NCBI GenBank assembly: GCA_041661045.1 | Contig: JBAZVE010000001.1 | Location: forward strand, 120,001-152,000 | Origin: Candidatus Saccharimonadota bacterium | GTDB lineage: Bacteria > Patescibacteriota > Gracilibacteria > UBA1369 > 2-02-FULL-48-14 | Direction of reading: 5' to 3' | Length of the DNA stretch: 32,000 nt | Part shown: one piece after another, positions 1 through 7,248 of the stretch | Position numbering within the stretch: the stretch's first letter is position 1 | Layout: each line of letters opens with the position of its first letter | Translations under genes and position numbers: made by a program | Notes under the pieces: generated by a model | Seen by the model: the letters and a program-made list of their open reading frames with translations, nothing else | Database searches by the model: none | Told to the model about the DNA's origin: nothing

Positions 1-492
1 GCCCCTCCGGCTGGACTCAATCCTTCCACTTTTGTTGTGGGATCCGCTTCGGCACTCGCAACGAATGGTGACGGCGTTGAGATTCCGCTCAAACCAGGAA
101 CTCACGAGCTTGATGGATACCCGGTTGAAACGGATGGCGGTGCCAGCGATGGCGGAAGCGCGGACGGTGGAGGCGCTGACGGTGGCAGTGCGGATGATAC
201 TGGCGGCGATGGTGGTGCAGTTGGTGATGGAGGTACGGTTGGTGATGGAGGAGCAGACGGTGGAGCTGATGGTGGTGGAACAGATACCGGTCTTGAAGAA
301 GATGGTGGAAGTACCGATGGTGGCGCCGAAGAACCTGGTGGGTGGAGCTGTAGCGTGTACAACCCTCAGACAGGAAGTATGGTGCCTTTGGTTGTGACCG
401 GTCTTGCCATGGCAGGACTTGTGGGACGACGAAGACAAAGTCCGAAAAAGAATGTGTCTTCCCAGCAAGCCCCTTTTAGAAAGGCGGCTTAG
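1..492 (+). CDS. Surface/secreted protein, C-terminal part (5' end outside window): Gly/Asp/Ala-rich short repeats, then a C-terminal TM helix and basic cluster
   Basis: Frame 1 is open from base 1 (APPAGLNPSTFVVGSASALATNGDG...). Repeats DGGASDGGSADGGGADGGSADD... Tail EEPGGWSCSVYNPQTGSMVPLVVTGLAMAGLVGRRRQS. Stop TAG at 490-492. Confidence 0.6.
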   Translation, partial: APPAGLNPSTFVVGSASALATNGDGVEIPLKPGTHELDGYPVETDGGASDGGSADGGGADGGSADDTGGDGGAVGDGGTVGDGGADGGADGGGTDTGLEEDGGSTDGGAEEPGGWSCSVYNPQTGSMVPLVVTGLAMAGLVGRRRQSPKKNVSSQQAPFRKAA

Positions 493-603
493 TCGAAAAT
501 ATGGCCTAATGTATCGCTCAAAGATGAGTTTGTCATACTCATCCAAAATGAGCAGATCGCCAAAGCTCAACGAGTGGTTTTTGAGAATGCCTCTAAAGTG
601 TAG
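493..603 (+). pseudogene. C-terminal remnant of a TrmB-family regulator paralog
   Basis: Frame-1 translation SKIWPNVSLKDEFVILIQNEQIAKAQRVVFENASKV* aligns with the C-terminus of the intact gene at 3401-3991 (..AIVSLKDELGVLIQNEHIAKAQRAVFENIG*). It has no start codon or N-terminal part and begins directly after the stop of the upstream gene. Confidence 0.6.
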
Positions 604-610
604 CTTCTTC

Positions 611-702
611 TCTAAACCACAAACTGTCATCCAATCCTGACGACAGTAAATGGGCCAAGAACCTGGACAAAGACGGGGGGGGAGAGAATAGTGTAGGCAA
701 TT
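611..702 (+). promoter_or_regulatory. Upstream leader copy A, shared with the RHS toxin gene (42-nt perfect core 611-652 plus ~50 nt diverged)
   Basis: 611-652 tctaaaccacaaactgtcatccaatcctgacgacagtaaatg is the exact reverse complement of 13886-13927. Similarity continues (cctggacaa, G-run, gagaatagt, ggcaatt) up to the ATG at 703. Confidence 0.65.
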
Positions 703-1323
703 ATGAAAATACCCATTCACAAGATAAGTGCTCTCCTCCTCCTTCACCTGATGGCTTTTGGTTTGGGCGTCAGCAGTGCTTCTGCTTATGATCTATATGG
801 TTATCAGTGGGACAGTAGCTCAGTGTCTTATTATATCAATAGTGCTTTTGCGAGTAGTTTTAAAACTGCGATGAAGACTTCTGATGCAAGTTGGGACGCC
901 GCAGGTGCGGATTTTAGCTTTAGTTATGCTGGGACTACGAGTTCAAATCCAAATGTTTTTTCTGGATATACTTCAGATTCCAGAAGTTCGATTGGTTATT
1001 ACAATGATGGATCTACGGGAGATGTGGCAGGTACTTGGGGCTTTACATCAGGTAGCTCCTTGACCGAAATAGATACCACCTTTAATACTTATTATGGGTT
1101 CACAACTATAGGAACTTCCGGCCAGTATGATGTGCAAAATACTATGACCCATGAATTTGGCCACTGGCTCATGCTAGATGATCTTACTTATAATGGAAGC
1201 CCGTCCTATTGTGCCTCTTCAGCGATGTCTACTATGTGTGGTCGCACTTATCCTGGAAACACCTATCAAAGGTCACTCAGAACCGATGATAAAAATGGTA
1301 TCAAGGCTATTTATGGGACTTGA
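703..1323 (+). CDS. Secreted matrixin-like (M10/M7-type) zinc metalloprotease
   Basis: Signal peptide MKIPIHKISALLLLHLMAFGLGVSSASA. Zinc motif HEFGHWLMLDD (HExxHxxxxxD). Matrixin-type C-terminal DDKNGIKAIYG. Confidence 0.85.
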   Translation: MKIPIHKISALLLLHLMAFGLGVSSASAYDLYGYQWDSSSVSYYINSAFASSFKTAMKTSDASWDAAGADFSFSYAGTTSSNPNVFSGYTSDSRSSIGYYNDGSTGDVAGTWGFTSGSSLTEIDTTFNTYYGFTTIGTSGQYDVQNTMTHEFGHWLMLDDLTYNGSPSYCASSAMSTMCGRTYPGNTYQRSLRTDDKNGIKAIYGT

Positions 1324-1340
1324 TTTATAACTTATAAAAT

Positions 1341-1931
1341 ATGGCATTGAACAGTAAAAACAGCGTGTTAATCCTTAGTCTCGGTACATTTTTGGCTTTA
1401 GGCTTTCTTTCCTCGAATTTTCTTTTTAAGAATAGGGCTATCCCAGTGACTAACGAGCCACCTACTACGGTGTCTTTTCATGCCTTAAGTATTGCGCGCG
1501 ATCTTGATTTGTACACACAGAGTGCCTCTCTCATTGTAATTGGCAGGGTAACAAAGGTGGGTGAACCTTATCTGGAAGATCAAGGTCTTGGTAGTAGACA
1601 AGAGGTCGAACTGGAACTGAGTGAAGTTCTGAAAGGAGATAGAAGTATGACCACGGTAAATGTGCTTGTTCGCGGCTATGAAATCGTTGAAGTTGATGGA
1701 GATGAGGCAACCATTATCCCCGGCAATGAGCCACCTTTATTTGTAGCGGGAGAGTATGTTCTCCTCTTCTTAGGAACAACCAGTCAGGGGGAATATGTGT
1801 CTTTTGCAGGCCCTTATGGTAAATACTTAATCGACAACGAGTTGAATGTGAGCAGCAGTGGCGACTTTTCAATGTCTCTCGAGGAGCTAAAGGAAAAGAT
1901 TAATGCAGTTTTGCAGTCTCAGCCCTTCTAA
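1341..1931 (+). CDS. Hypothetical N-terminally membrane-anchored protein, probably co-transcribed with the metalloprotease
   Basis: 196-aa ORF starting 17 nt after the protease stop. N-terminal hydrophobic segment VLILSLGTFLALGFLSSNFLF. No recognisable family. Confidence 0.55.
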   Translation: MALNSKNSVLILSLGTFLALGFLSSNFLFKNRAIPVTNEPPTTVSFHALSIARDLDLYTQSASLIVIGRVTKVGEPYLEDQGLGSRQEVELELSEVLKGDRSMTTVNVLVRGYEIVEVDGDEATIIPGNEPPLFVAGEYVLLFLGTTSQGEYVSFAGPYGKYLIDNELNVSSSGDFSMSLEELKEKINAVLQSQPF

Positions 1932-1972
1932 AAACCTGGTTTTTTTGGTATAATTAGGGGATTCATTTTGCT
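1923..1972 (+). promoter_or_regulatory. 50-bp repeat copy 1 with extended -10 promoter (TGGTATAAT) and palindrome AAAAACCTGGTTTTT
   Basis: cccttctaaaaacctggtttttttggtataattaggggattcattttgct is identical to 15596-15645. TATAAT at 1949-1954. It overlaps the stop codon of 1341-1931 and precedes the gene at 2013. Confidence 0.6.
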
Positions 1973-2012
1973 ATGTATGATGTTATTTTGCATTGCTTTT
2001 TAACATGATATA

Positions 2013-3233
2013 GTGCAAAATGAAATCATGGATGCTCAAGAGCCACAATACCATCGATCTATAGAACTCCCATCGAGCAGCTTTCTGCTCTTTGGACCAA
2101 GAGGTGTGGGTAAAAGCACATGGCTTCGTAAGACACTACCGAAGGATTCGCTTTTCATTGACCTTTTACACTATCCAACTTATTTAAGCCTAAGTAGAGA
2201 CCCAAGCCATCTGGAAGCCTTAATCAACACCAAAGATCCTCCACAGTGGGTTTGTATCGATGAAGTACAGAAAATTCCGCCCATTCTAGATGAAGTCCAC
2301 CGACTCATTGAGACTTATGGACTTCGTTTTGCCCTGAGTGGATCATCAGCCCGTAAACTCAAAAGAGGTGGAGCAAATCTATTGGCTGGCAGAGCATTGG
2401 CAATGGAAATGGAAACATTTTGCAGCGAAGAATTGGGGGAAGACTTTCATCTGGAAGAATCTATAGAGTGGGGAACCCTGCCCTTGGTCCAGAAAAAACT
2501 CAAAGAGAAGCTGACCACCGAAGCCATGGACACGCTTGAGACCTATGTATCGAGCTATCTTCGTGAAGAAATTAAGGAAGAAGGATTGGTACGCAAAGTA
2601 GATCCATTTTTGCGTTTTCTGGAAATAGCGGGCCTCATGAATGCCGAACAAATAAATTTGAGTGCTATAGCTCAACAAGCTGGCGTTCCAAGAAGTTCTA
2701 CAGAAACATACTTTTCAATTTTAGAAGACACCTTACTTACCTTTCGCTTACCAGCTTATCGACCACGAGTAAAAGTCCGGGAACAAACTCACCCCAAGCT
2801 CTATTGGTTTGATTCGGGAGTGGCCAGAGCGGCGGCCGGACTTTTGCGTGACCCAACAGACTCCACCTGGCAAGGTAAAGCTCTGGAGACTCTGATCTAT
2901 CATGAGCTCAGGGTCTACAATCAAAAATCCGGAAAACACAGGTCGATTTCATTTTATAAAACCAGCTCCGGACAAGAAATCGACTTTTTGATAGAAACTC
3001 AAAAAACAAGCTCCGACCAAAAAGCCGAAGTGGTACTCATAGAAGTAAAAAGATCAAAAACATGGAATGCCCGTTGGGAAAATCCTATGCGTTCCCTGAT
3101 GAGAATGAATAAAATGAGAGTTAAATCCGCTTATGGTGTGTATATGGGGAAAGAGTCTCTGTTTAAAGAAAATTTATCTATTCTACCAGCCGAGATTTTT
3201 TTAAAAAAACTCCATCAAGGAGAAGTTTTTTAG
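2013..3233 (+). CDS. AAA+ ATPase of the AAA_14/DUF4143 type (COG1373-like)
   Basis: Walker A LLFGPRGVGKSTWL, Walker B-like WVCIDEVQKIP, C-terminal DUF4143-like region. GTG start at 2013 (alternative ATG at 2028). Confidence 0.8.
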   Translation: MQNEIMDAQEPQYHRSIELPSSSFLLFGPRGVGKSTWLRKTLPKDSLFIDLLHYPTYLSLSRDPSHLEALINTKDPPQWVCIDEVQKIPPILDEVHRLIETYGLRFALSGSSARKLKRGGANLLAGRALAMEMETFCSEELGEDFHLEESIEWGTLPLVQKKLKEKLTTEAMDTLETYVSSYLREEIKEEGLVRKVDPFLRFLEIAGLMNAEQINLSAIAQQAGVPRSSTETYFSILEDTLLTFRLPAYRPRVKVREQTHPKLYWFDSGVARAAAGLLRDPTDSTWQGKALETLIYHELRVYNQKSGKHRSISFYKTSSGQEIDFLIETQKTSSDQKAEVVLIEVKRSKTWNARWENPMRSLMRMNKMRVKSAYGVYMGKESLFKENLSILPAEIFLKKLHQGEVF

Positions 3234-3400
3234 GTGACGAACTTAGCTTTTGGCGGGCTTACGGCTCGTTCTTGATTCCTCCAAATCTCCCCAAATTGTG
3301 GCCTAGGCCAGGTTAGCACATGCGGTAATGTTTTTGTGCAATGTCAAATGCTTGAGAAATGGCTTATAGAAGCTATTATTTGTTCTTCCTGTGAAATTCT

Positions 3401-3991
3401 ATGCTCTCAAAAGAACAGATGCTGCAAGCGCTCACTTCCCTGGGGTTCAGACCCAATGAAGCGCAGGTGTACCTCACGGTTTTAGAGCTCAAAGAAGCGC
3501 TCCCCGGTACTGTGGCGAGACGCTCCAAGCTCAAACGGTCCACCATTTATCTCCTTCTGGAGGGCTTGGAACAAAAGGGGCTTTTACAAAAGGTGCGGAA
3601 AAATGGAAATATCGTGTTTAAGGCCGGCTCACCGGAATCTTTTATTGCTCAAGAACAAAAGAAAAGCGAAGTACTCCAATCTTCCCTCAAGGCTCTCAGC
3701 TTTTCTCTCCCAAAGCTCTTTGCGACCTATGCTGCGGAGCTTTGTCCGTCAGAAATAACCATTTTTAAAGGAGAAAAAGGAGTCGAAAAAATTCTTTCGG
3801 AGTTGGGTAGGGACCGCAAGATGCTCTTGAGCTGGGATGAAAATGGAAAACGACAAAAAGGCATCATTGGTGTGTTTAATATTTATAGAGACAAGGTGGC
3901 CATTGTATCCCTCAAAGACGAGCTTGGTGTTCTCATTCAAAACGAACACATCGCCAAGGCCCAACGAGCGGTTTTTGAGAATATTGGATAA
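3401..3991 (+). CDS. TrmB-family HTH transcriptional regulator
   Basis: N-terminal wHTH typical of TrmB: LGFRPNEAQVYLTVLELKEALPGTVARRSKLKRSTIYLLLEGLEQKGLLQKV. Confidence 0.8.
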   Translation: MLSKEQMLQALTSLGFRPNEAQVYLTVLELKEALPGTVARRSKLKRSTIYLLLEGLEQKGLLQKVRKNGNIVFKAGSPESFIAQEQKKSEVLQSSLKALSFSLPKLFATYAAELCPSEITIFKGEKGVEKILSELGRDRKMLLSWDENGKRQKGIIGVFNIYRDKVAIVSLKDELGVLIQNEHIAKAQRAVFENIG

Positions 3992-4182
3992 CTACAGCCT
4001 GTTATCTCCCTTCAACACCAGCCAAACTCTTTTAAGTTACCTACAAATTTTTTGAAATGAAAGCCAGCGTACCAGAAGTATAGCCTTTTGTTATATTTCT
4101 TGTTGGTGTGACGGATTTTTATACCCTATCCAAATTCCACCTTTGAATTTATAAGTTTGATTCATGACTATTAGAAGTCTGT

Positions 4183-4530
4183 TTATTTTTCAAATGCAAG
4201 CCCTAAAAATTCTTTTTTTGAGCCAGTAAAAATTGTGCCTTTTTTATTTAATGTTTTATTAATCTTGCCTGTTTTTACTGCAATGTAAGCTGCATCACAT
4301 TCGGGGTCGTAACTTATACTGAGTTCATCTCCTTTTGAAAAATGAAAATCATTTACTATACATTTAGACTTGGTTTGATCCATCATGTCCAAAAGCTCTA
4401 TCCCTATAGTTTCACCAAGTGAATCTAAATCCACCATCAAATCAATGTTTTCAATTTTATGTGCACCCTCTGATGGTTTAAACTGGATTGAAAAAGTTTT
4501 ACCATTTTCAACAATATTTGGGTATTCCAT
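4183..4530 (-). CDS. DUF2283-like small protein (two degenerate units)
   Basis: Motifs LSISYDPECDAAYIAV and DLDSLGETIGIELLD resemble the DUF2283 pattern (YDxExDxxYI ... GxxxGIExL). Confidence 0.5.
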   Translation of the reverse strand: MEYPNIVENGKTFSIQFKPSEGAHKIENIDLMVDLDSLGETIGIELLDMMDQTKSKCIVNDFHFSKGDELSISYDPECDAAYIAVKTGKINKTLNKKGTIFTGSKKEFLGLAFEK

Positions 4531-4566
4531 GTGGGCTATGAGTTACTTAACTGTACAGGCTTGCCA

Positions 4567-4878
4567 CTAAGCAATGGGCAACAAAATGTATCTAGTCAAA
4601 ACCACACAAAGCAACGCGTATAGAACTATTAAAAGAACTTCTTCTCCTCTACTGATCGTTATCAACTTATTTTTTTTCTTATAGTAGTGAAAATAAAATC
4701 CGAAGAGAAATGCCATTAATAAAACAATACTTAATCTAACTAGGTTTGCCGCATCTATGTTTTCATAACTAAATCTATTGAACACGAGATAGCTAAGAAT
4801 AGAGAAAAAGACAAAGCCAGACACGAAAGTGGCACATAGAAGCAGCAAGTGTTTTAGAGCTTTGAAATGAGATTTCAT
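4567..4878 (-). CDS. Small membrane protein (about 3 TM helices)
   Basis: 103-aa ORF with hydrophobic stretches LLLLCATFVSGFVFFSILSYLVF, LVRLSIVLLMAFLFGFYF and VLLIVLYALLCVVL. No family recognised. Confidence 0.5.
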   Translation of the reverse strand: MKSHFKALKHLLLLCATFVSGFVFFSILSYLVFNRFSYENIDAANLVRLSIVLLMAFLFGFYFHYYKKKNKLITISRGEEVLLIVLYALLCVVLTRYILLPIA

Positions 4879-4896
4879 AATTTAGTTGTTAGATAT

Positions 4897-5289
4897 TTAT
4901 TCAACAGTATCGGGAACTTTTAATTCTTGGCCAACTTGAATCTGATTAGGGTAGTTGGATTTTGCTAGCGCATGAAGTTTTTTCGACACAGTCCTGGCTT
5001 CATCCCATGTGTAGCCAGTCATAGTATGCATTTCTTGTGGATCAACGATTTCTGCTGATATGTCAAAAATCTTCGACATAAGAATGATGTCATTTTCATC
5101 TATGCTAATCTCGATTACTTCATCTTCAGATCGATGACTTCCTATGAAATCACTAATCCTCCTACATTCTTCTTCTGATAGTTGGGTCCTTTGAATAAGC
5201 TCACTTAAACCAAAGGCGCCCAAGGGTACAGCTATAACTCTAATTATAATTTCTAATTCATCATGGGTAAGTAAAATTAATTTTGTCAT
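4897..5289 (-). CDS. Hypothetical acidic cytoplasmic protein with a weakly LysM-like C-terminus
   Basis: 130-aa ORF starting 18 nt upstream of the next gene's start. C-terminus ...SNYPNQIQVGQELKVPD resembles the end of a LysM domain. Confidence 0.5.
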   Translation of the reverse strand: MTKLILLTHDELEIIIRVIAVPLGAFGLSELIQRTQLSEEECRRISDFIGSHRSEDEVIEISIDENDIILMSKIFDISAEIVDPQEMHTMTGYTWDEARTVSKKLHALAKSNYPNQIQVGQELKVPDTVE

Positions 5290-5447
5290 AATGTGGTGAG
5301 TTAAAAACTATTAATGCAAATCATTGTCAAAAAAATCCTTTTCTTTTTCAGGTTGGAAGGCTGTCCCCTGATCTACATTGTTCGGATCGTGGATCACCAC
5401 AATAGTAATGATTTAAAAAATACCCGAGATTCCCTGCGAAAGTTTAT

Positions 5448-5747
5448 TTAGCTACTCTGTAACTTTACTCCACAGCGCGGGCAATGTTTAGGGTTAAAAT
5501 TCTTCCTCAAGTAAAATTCGCAAGCTGGGCAACGCCAATTTTTGAATGTAAAAACAACGGACCCCAAGAACATAAATACAAACAACATAGTCCAAGCGTC
5601 GTTTGGGGCACCAAGGAAAGTAATCCCCTCATCACTATTATTGAAAAATTGGAATCCAAAAACAATCACAAGCATCAGTGGCGTGACTATATAATATTGT
5701 TTTCGCTTTCTTTCCAGAAAATTTTGGATGATTTCGTACTCCTGCAT
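5448..5747 (-). CDS. Small membrane protein with a C-terminal zinc ribbon
   Basis: Two hydrophobic helices, then CPACEFYL...HCPRCGVKL (CxxC-N13-CxxC). Confidence 0.55.
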   Translation of the reverse strand: MQEYEIIQNFLERKRKQYYIVTPLMLVIVFGFQFFNNSDEGITFLGAPNDAWTMLFVFMFLGSVVFTFKNWRCPACEFYLRKNFNPKHCPRCGVKLQSS

Positions 5748-5756
5748 AATGTGGTC

Positions 5757-6296
5757 TTATTTTCTTGCTCTAAGTAATAATTTTACTTGAAGTAAATACA
5801 TTGGAATAAGTAACAACAATGAAATGGGAGATAACACTACTGTTACAAAAGAGAAGCCAAATATCAGTTCGACCCAGCCCGTTTTTTTCGTCAACCCCCC
5901 CATGGGATTTTTTAATTGGATTAAACTATAACCATGTAAAATGGTAAGCAAACCATATGTTATTCCAAAAGCTATATAAGCAGACGGATACTCATCGAGT
6001 TTTGAGGGATATGTGCTAATTTTTGGTAGATATACAAGAAGATCGTATGAAATATTAACCAAGATCAATAAAAAAGAGGAAACAGCGGTAACTTTACTAT
6101 TTTGTATTTGCCCCAAATAAATGAAGCCAGACAAAAACAGAGCATAACTAACGATTGATAAGAAAATCAGGGGGCCTAAGTTGAACTCAGGGAAATATGA
6201 ACCACCCTTGGCTTCTACTAGAAGTGTTAAAGGCACGCTTGAGATTAGTGATACTAACCCCGAGAAAGCAGCTAATTTAAAAAGATTTTTCTTCAT
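5757..6296 (-). CDS. Polytopic membrane protein; candidate immunity partner of the orphan RHS tip
   Basis: 179-aa ORF starting 7 nt after the stop of the orphan cassette. Five to six hydrophobic segments. No family recognised. Confidence 0.55.
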   Translation of the reverse strand: MKKNLFKLAAFSGLVSLISSVPLTLLVEAKGGSYFPEFNLGPLIFLSIVSYALFLSGFIYLGQIQNSKVTAVSSFLLILVNISYDLLVYLPKISTYPSKLDEYPSAYIAFGITYGLLTILHGYSLIQLKNPMGGLTKKTGWVELIFGFSFVTVVLSPISLLLLIPMYLLQVKLLLRARK

Positions 6297-6303
6297 AGTG
6301 CAT

Positions 6304-7248
6304 TTAGTTAGTATTTTCTTTTTCCGATTCTACCGGTATTCGAATCTCTTCACCAACATTAATAGTATTTGGATCTTCAAATCCATTAAACTCTGCAATT
6401 TCTTGATAGTCATCTCCAAAAAGTTCGTACATCGTATCGCCAGGTTGAACTGTATATACAGAATAGCCTCCCTCTTCATTATATGTAAGATCTTTTTCTT
6501 CTCCAAAAACAGTAATTAAGGTTTGTTCATAAACAAACATCCCAATTCTTACATACCAAGGTGCTTGGCCCTTTGTTGAGTGCCAGAGTACATCGTCCAT
6601 ATTGTTACTTATATCGCCATCATTGTGGTCGTTAGTTGGTCCGGAATTTATAAGGTCGCCAGAGTCACCTGCAGAAGGGATATCGCTAAAAAATGTTAGT
6701 AAATAACTCACAAATATTCCGATTGGAGTTTCTCCATCCGGATCTATATAGACAATTGGGTTATTTAAAGAATAAGAATAAAAATTCAACATCTGTGGGT
6801 CGAAGATTTTATTTTTCTTTAGAAATTCATTCATATCATTCGTGAATGTGAATTTCCTTTCAGCAAGGTCATCCAACTGTGCCGGATCCTGGCTGGAGAA
6901 TCTTCCTATCTCACTGTCATACCACCGGGCTTCGAAGTAGTAGAGGCCGAGGTCTTCATCGAGCTCTTTGTCTGTGAAGGAGTGCTCTGCGGGAGGCTCT
7001 CCGGTGCCGTCGTCCAGGGGAGTGTTTTGGAGCTCAGAGCCGTAGGGATAGTAGTCGTAAAGCTGGGTTACAAAACCATCCTCGTTCGTGATGAGGGCGG
7101 TTCCTCCCAAGTGGTCCTGGTGGAAATAGGAGAGGACTCCGTCTTCCAGTGCAGCCACCCTCTGGCCCCCGGCGAAGAGATAGCTGGTGAGGGTGCCGGG
7201 AGACACCGGTTCCGTTCCGCTGCCATCCGCTTTGCCGCGGAGTTCCAT
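6304..7248 (-). CDS. Orphan RHS C-terminal cassette: RHS core end plus a 141-aa variable tip with a LysM domain
   Basis: The frame stays open and homologous to the main RHS up to 7398 (NFNTAHTYSWNIKNQLASSGSKSFSYDASG...), bounded by an in-frame TGA at 7399-7401. The first ATG is at 7248. Core FTDKELDEDLGLYYFEARWYDSEIGRFSSQDP...NFYSYSLNNPIVYIDPDGE. LysM YTVQPGDTMYELFGDDYQEIAEFNGFEDPNTINVGEEIRIP. Confidence 0.8.
   Translation of the reverse strand: MELRGKADGSGTEPVSPGTLTSYLFAGGQRVAALEDGVLSYFHQDHLGGTALITNEDGFVTQLYDYYPYGSELQNTPLDDGTGEPPAEHSFTDKELDEDLGLYYFEARWYDSEIGRFSSQDPAQLDDLAERKFTFTNDMNEFLKKNKIFDPQMLNFYSYSLNNPIVYIDPDGETPIGIFVSYLLTFFSDIPSAGDSGDLINSGPTNDHNDGDISNNMDDVLWHSTKGQAPWYVRIGMFVYEQTLITVFGEEKDLTYNEEGGYSVYTVQPGDTMYELFGDDYQEIAEFNGFEDPNTINVGEEIRIPVESEKENTN

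Noticed and set aside
102-362. 86-aa Pro/Ser-rich ORF on the minus strand
   Set aside because: It is the antisense mirror of the Gly/Asp-rich repeat region of the plus-strand gene. It is a low-complexity shadow ORF with no independent signals.
404-640. 78-aa plus-strand ORF spanning the end of the first gene and the intergenic region
   Set aside because: It overlaps the better-supported frame-1 gene end. The only recognisable homology in this stretch (the TrmB C-terminus) is in a different frame.
4166-4180. gactattagaagtct resembles the island motif core (gacgctattagaa) and the 24081 palindrome arm
   Set aside because: The shared part is a 9-mer (ctattagaa) in an AT-rich region. One extra occurrence in 64 kb of two-strand sequence is compatible with chance.
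5895-5901. C7 (G7 on the coding strand) homopolymer inside the 5757-6296 membrane-protein gene
   Set aside because: The reading frame is intact across it, and there is no sign of a frameshifted alternative ORF. It is noted only as a potential slippage site.
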